Assembly: GCA_023263945.1 (NCBI GenBank)
Contig: JALQTW010000003.1
Span: 45,202 to 109,201 of the forward strand
DNA from: Patescibacteria group bacterium
GTDB taxonomy: Bacteria; Patescibacteriota; Gracilibacteria; Peribacterales; Peribacteraceae
Length of the DNA stretch: 64,000 nucleotides
Reading direction: 5' to 3'
Below, piece after piece: positions 61,224 to 64,000 of this stretch. Positions within the stretch are counted from its first letter, which is position 1; each line of letters begins with the position of its first letter. The translations under genes and the position numbers were made by a program. A model generated the notes under the pieces. It was not told the DNA's origin. It did not search any database and was given only the letters and a program-made list of their open reading frames with translations.

Positions 61224-61448
61224 ATGTTCCTCTCGCCAATCTCAGTTACGTCGATCCCTGAGTCGCCTGTCCTGGAACTCGACCGGCGCGACGTCTATCC
61301 ACCCAAGCCGGCCAGTGTTTTGCTGGGCCGTACCGCGGCCCGAATTGCCGAGACGGGGACGCGCGTGTTGGACCTGGGGACTGGGTCGGGGATTTGCGGG
61401 CTGTGGATGAAACGCCGCGTCCCAAGCGCCCGTGTCGTCATGACCGAC
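61224..61448 (+). pseudogene. N-terminal fragment of a HemK/PrmC-like SAM methyltransferase
   Basis: VYPP..AS.LL, RVLDLGTGSG, ARVVMTD, then loses similarity. Confidence 0.8.
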
Positions 61449-61911
61449 AACCGACAGGCGGCGGAGAGTATCACGCGGCGACCAGCGCCGGCAAACAGAA
61501 ATCGGGGCCGACCAGCGCCAGTTGTGGCGGGACCAGCGCCTGCCGCTCGAAATGATGATCCGCGAGCAGCGGCGCGGACAGCGGCGTACTCGTCGCCAGA
61601 TAGTCGTAGTTGACATCTATATTAGGCGCTCGTCCGCTCGTCCGAGTTCGCCTAAGGCGTGTCGCTGCTAAAAAAGCCCGAGCGCGGTCCCGCACTATGC
61701 CCCGACGGGGTTCTGCCGCGGAGCGGACAATTCCACAGCCTTGAGATCACGGCACTGCAATCACGGCGCCGGCGAACTCGCGTCGCGTTTCCCATGCGCT
61801 AACCCACCAGTGCCGCCAACTCCTCGGCAGTCAACTGCTCGGGCTGACGATCCTTGTACCGTCCGCCGTGCATCGTGCGGCTCCAGGGAACCCGCACATG
61901 CAGCCGCTCGG

Positions 61912-62010
61912 CCAACATCGCACGCTCAAGATCGGCACGCTGCGAAAGATTCTGCGCGACCTCGATTGGAGTCCGAGCGAGTTCACCCAGCGCTGGCACG
62001 CGAAATCGTA
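61912..62010 (+). pseudogene. C-terminal fragment of a HicA-like toxin
   Basis: My translation: QHRTLKIGTLRKILRDLDWSPSEFTQRWHAKS-stop; no HicA-like N-terminus upstream. Confidence 0.6.
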
Positions 62011-62031
62011 ACGTGTGCTACGCTGTCGGCC

Positions 62032-62580
62032 GTGCTCCTCTCCCCCCGTCTGCCCGCGACCAACGAGCGCGGGCCCTTGTACACCGAACAGGCGCTTTCG
62101 GCCCTCCATCAGGGAAACGTTCGCCGCGAACGGCTGACGCTACTGTTTGCCAGTCACGCCGGCGCCGCGGGGCTGTTCATTCGCTGCACGTCGCGCTTGC
62201 GGCCGCTCGTCGATGGTCCGCTGCTGGCCCAGTACCCGGACCTGGCGATTGAATCGTTATCCGAAAACGTGTTAGGTCCACCGCCGGGAACAGTTCTCTT
62301 TACGCGACACCTGTATCTCACGCCCTACCTGTTCCCGATTCGCCGCTACGTGCAGTTCACCGACGACGTGAGCCGAACACTGGCCGATCCGGTGAGCGCT
62401 ATCCTGGGCGCCGTGCAGTGCCGAGCCGACGACAACCTCTCGGCCCAAGTCGAACTTGAAGTGGCGCCGGCTCCGCCCAAAACCGTCCGCCGCGCCCGCA
62501 AGATTTTGCGGCGCCTGATGCGGCCCTTTTTTGAGCGGCATCCCAGATTCGAGCGCTGGTACGCCGAGTGGTCGTTGTCA
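62032..62580 (+). pseudogene. N-terminal fragment of a probable type IV coupling (TraD/VirD4-like) protein
   Basis: ERGPLYTEQALSALHQ...LAQYPD...LTPYLFPIRRY.QF.D...LADP; family recalled from memory; truncated before any ATPase domain. Confidence 0.45.
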
Positions 62581-62762
62581 TGCCCGGGGAGAAGCCCCAG
62601 GCAGCCGGATCAACGTGTGGTATGGCAGGTGGGTGACAGCAAATAAGATCAAAAGTCTCCCCTTGCAACGGCGCAAGGAGATCTCCTTCGCGGCAATCAA
62701 CATCGCAACCATTGCGACGGGCGTTGGCCGTCGCCACCGCGATGGCCTCCGCATTGATGTCG
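62575..62762 (-). pseudogene. Middle fragment of the same HemK-like methyltransferase, inverted
   Basis: DINAEAIAVATANARRNG...EGDLLAPL..ETFDLICCHPP continues exactly where 61224..61448 stops. Confidence 0.8.
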
Positions 62763-63130
62763 ATGACTTTCAAAGTGAATCCAAGTCTCATTCCACTTCT
62801 TGGCTCTGGTTCAGCATTCTTGAACATAAAATTTGGCCGTTTTTGGCCGGTAAAAATGACAAAACACGAGAAGTATGAAGAAATCGCAAACCCAAAAAGG
62901 CTAACTTTATAACAGTGGCATATTTTGGAGAGCTATTTTGGCCAATGGTGTGAGTAATTTTTACAAAAACACCAGTTGCTTTCTAGCAAAGAATAATTCT
63001 TGAACTTTATAAAGTCATGAATGTTTGGCCAACTTTATAAAGTTTCCCATTTACATGGTACGTTATCGTCCAAATGACATTCTAGAAAGACGATATTGAT
63101 TTTTTGGATATTTTTGGATAAAATACAGAT

Positions 63131-64000
63131 ATGGCACACAATACCGCATCACGAGCCATAGAAGAATTGCAGAAAATTGATGATCTTCGTATGAAGATCA
63201 ATGTCTTTCGCCCTTTCAGCAAGGGGCTTATGGCTCTCTGGCAAGAACGGCTTCGCATCGATTGGACATATAACAGCAATGCTCTCGAAGGAAATACTCT
63301 CACCTACGGTGAGACAGCATTTTTCCTGCGCGAAGGACTCACATCAGAAGGAAGGCCTCTGAAGGACTACGTCGAGGCAAAGAACCATGCGCAGGCCATC
63401 GACTATCTGCAAGAAGTGGTTACATCGAAGAGGGAGCTTACGGAGGGTTTCATAAAAGAACTCCACAGCCTTCTCCTGCGCGATATTGACCACACTGTCG
63501 CGAGGGGCGCAGGTGGAAAGCTGATTCATAAACCTCTGAGCCCAGGGAAGTACAAAGTGCGACCGAACCATGTGCTCACGCTCTCGGGCACGATTCACAA
63601 ATACACGGAGCCAATCAAGGTGGTGGATGAAATGCAAATGCTTCTTCGGTGGCTCAAGCAAAGTAAAGAGATTCATGCTGTTGAAAGGGCTGCACTGTTC
63701 CACTATCGCTTCGTGTGTATTCACCCCTTCGATGACGGTAATGGACGTATGGCACGCCTCCTCATGAATCTGCTGCTCATGAAGTCAGGGTATCCACCCT
63801 GTGTGGTACGCAATAGTAAACGCAGAAACTATCTGCAAAGTCTTGAACAGGCAGACAGTACAGGATCTACAGAGGCATTTGTACGTATACTCGCTCAAGA
63901 GTTGATTCACACCGAAGAGACAATGCTTCGCGTCTTACAAGGGAAGCCTTTGCCTCCCATCCCAGGGGAAAAGCTTCATCGCGATGCACGGAAAGAACTC
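63131..64000 (+). CDS. Fic-family protein (3' end runs off the window)
   Basis: My translation: WTYNSNALEGNTL, KDYVEAKNH, IHPFDDGNGRMARLLMN; TAAAAT 6 nt before ATG. Confidence 0.93.
   Translation, partial: MAHNTASRAIEELQKIDDLRMKINVFRPFSKGLMALWQERLRIDWTYNSNALEGNTLTYGETAFFLREGLTSEGRPLKDYVEAKNHAQAIDYLQEVVTSKRELTEGFIKELHSLLLRDIDHTVARGAGGKLIHKPLSPGKYKVRPNHVLTLSGTIHKYTEPIKVVDEMQMLLRWLKQSKEIHAVERAALFHYRFVCIHPFDDGNGRMARLLMNLLLMKSGYPPCVVRNSKRRNYLQSLEQADSTGSTEAFVRILAQELIHTEETMLRVLQGKPLPPIPGEKLHRDARKEL

Larger units (their letters stand above)
58140..62767. other. GC-rich foreign mosaic segment
   Basis: Abrupt compositional shift by eye at both ends; contains an intact ABC operon and several gene fragments. 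Confidence 0.8.

Noticed and set aside
62768-62827. Prepilin cleavage motif in MRLGFTLKVI
   Set aside because: GFTL is present but the +5 glutamate and hydrophobic helix are missing, and the frame is disrupted right after.
53575-64000. Prophage
   Set aside because: No capsid, terminase, portal or tail genes; the content fits a genomic island.

Overview
This window looks like a Candidate Phyla Radiation (Patescibacteria) chromosome, most consistent with Peribacteria/Peregrinibacteria. Support: genetic code 11, rpmD (uL30) missing from the spc cluster, purB/purC present, CPR-style TrmB-like regulator, and no Shine-Dalgarno sites. 1-13.2 kb is accessory. It holds a truncated Cache-sensor kinase and a TrmB-type regulator fused to four tandem membrane Cache modules. 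Divergent from that is a polymorphic-toxin-like locus: a ~1500-aa protein with a LEPR-xLL-like N-terminal motif and a small toxin-like tip, an immunity-like gene, then an orphan C-terminal copy with its own immunity-like gene. 13-35 kb is housekeeping (pilT, dprA, tpiA, rpiB, rpe, purC, ftsH, purB, degP, ligA, tRNA-Thr, tRNA-Leu) with heptamer repeats and palindromic elements in the spacers. 35-53.5 kb is the S10-spc-alpha ribosomal superoperon on the minus strand, interrupted by orphan ORFs, with low-complexity tails on many proteins. 53.5-64 kb is an island: a RelE/Phd pair, a nucleotidyltransferase pair, ParB plus two serine recombinase genes, a visibly GC-rich foreign mosaic (intact ABC transporter, a methyltransferase split by an inversion, HicA and coupling-protein fragments) and a Fic gene. 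Many genes have a -10 box only 6-9 nt before the ATG, implying leaderless mRNAs. All calls come from reading motifs by eye; no searches were run.
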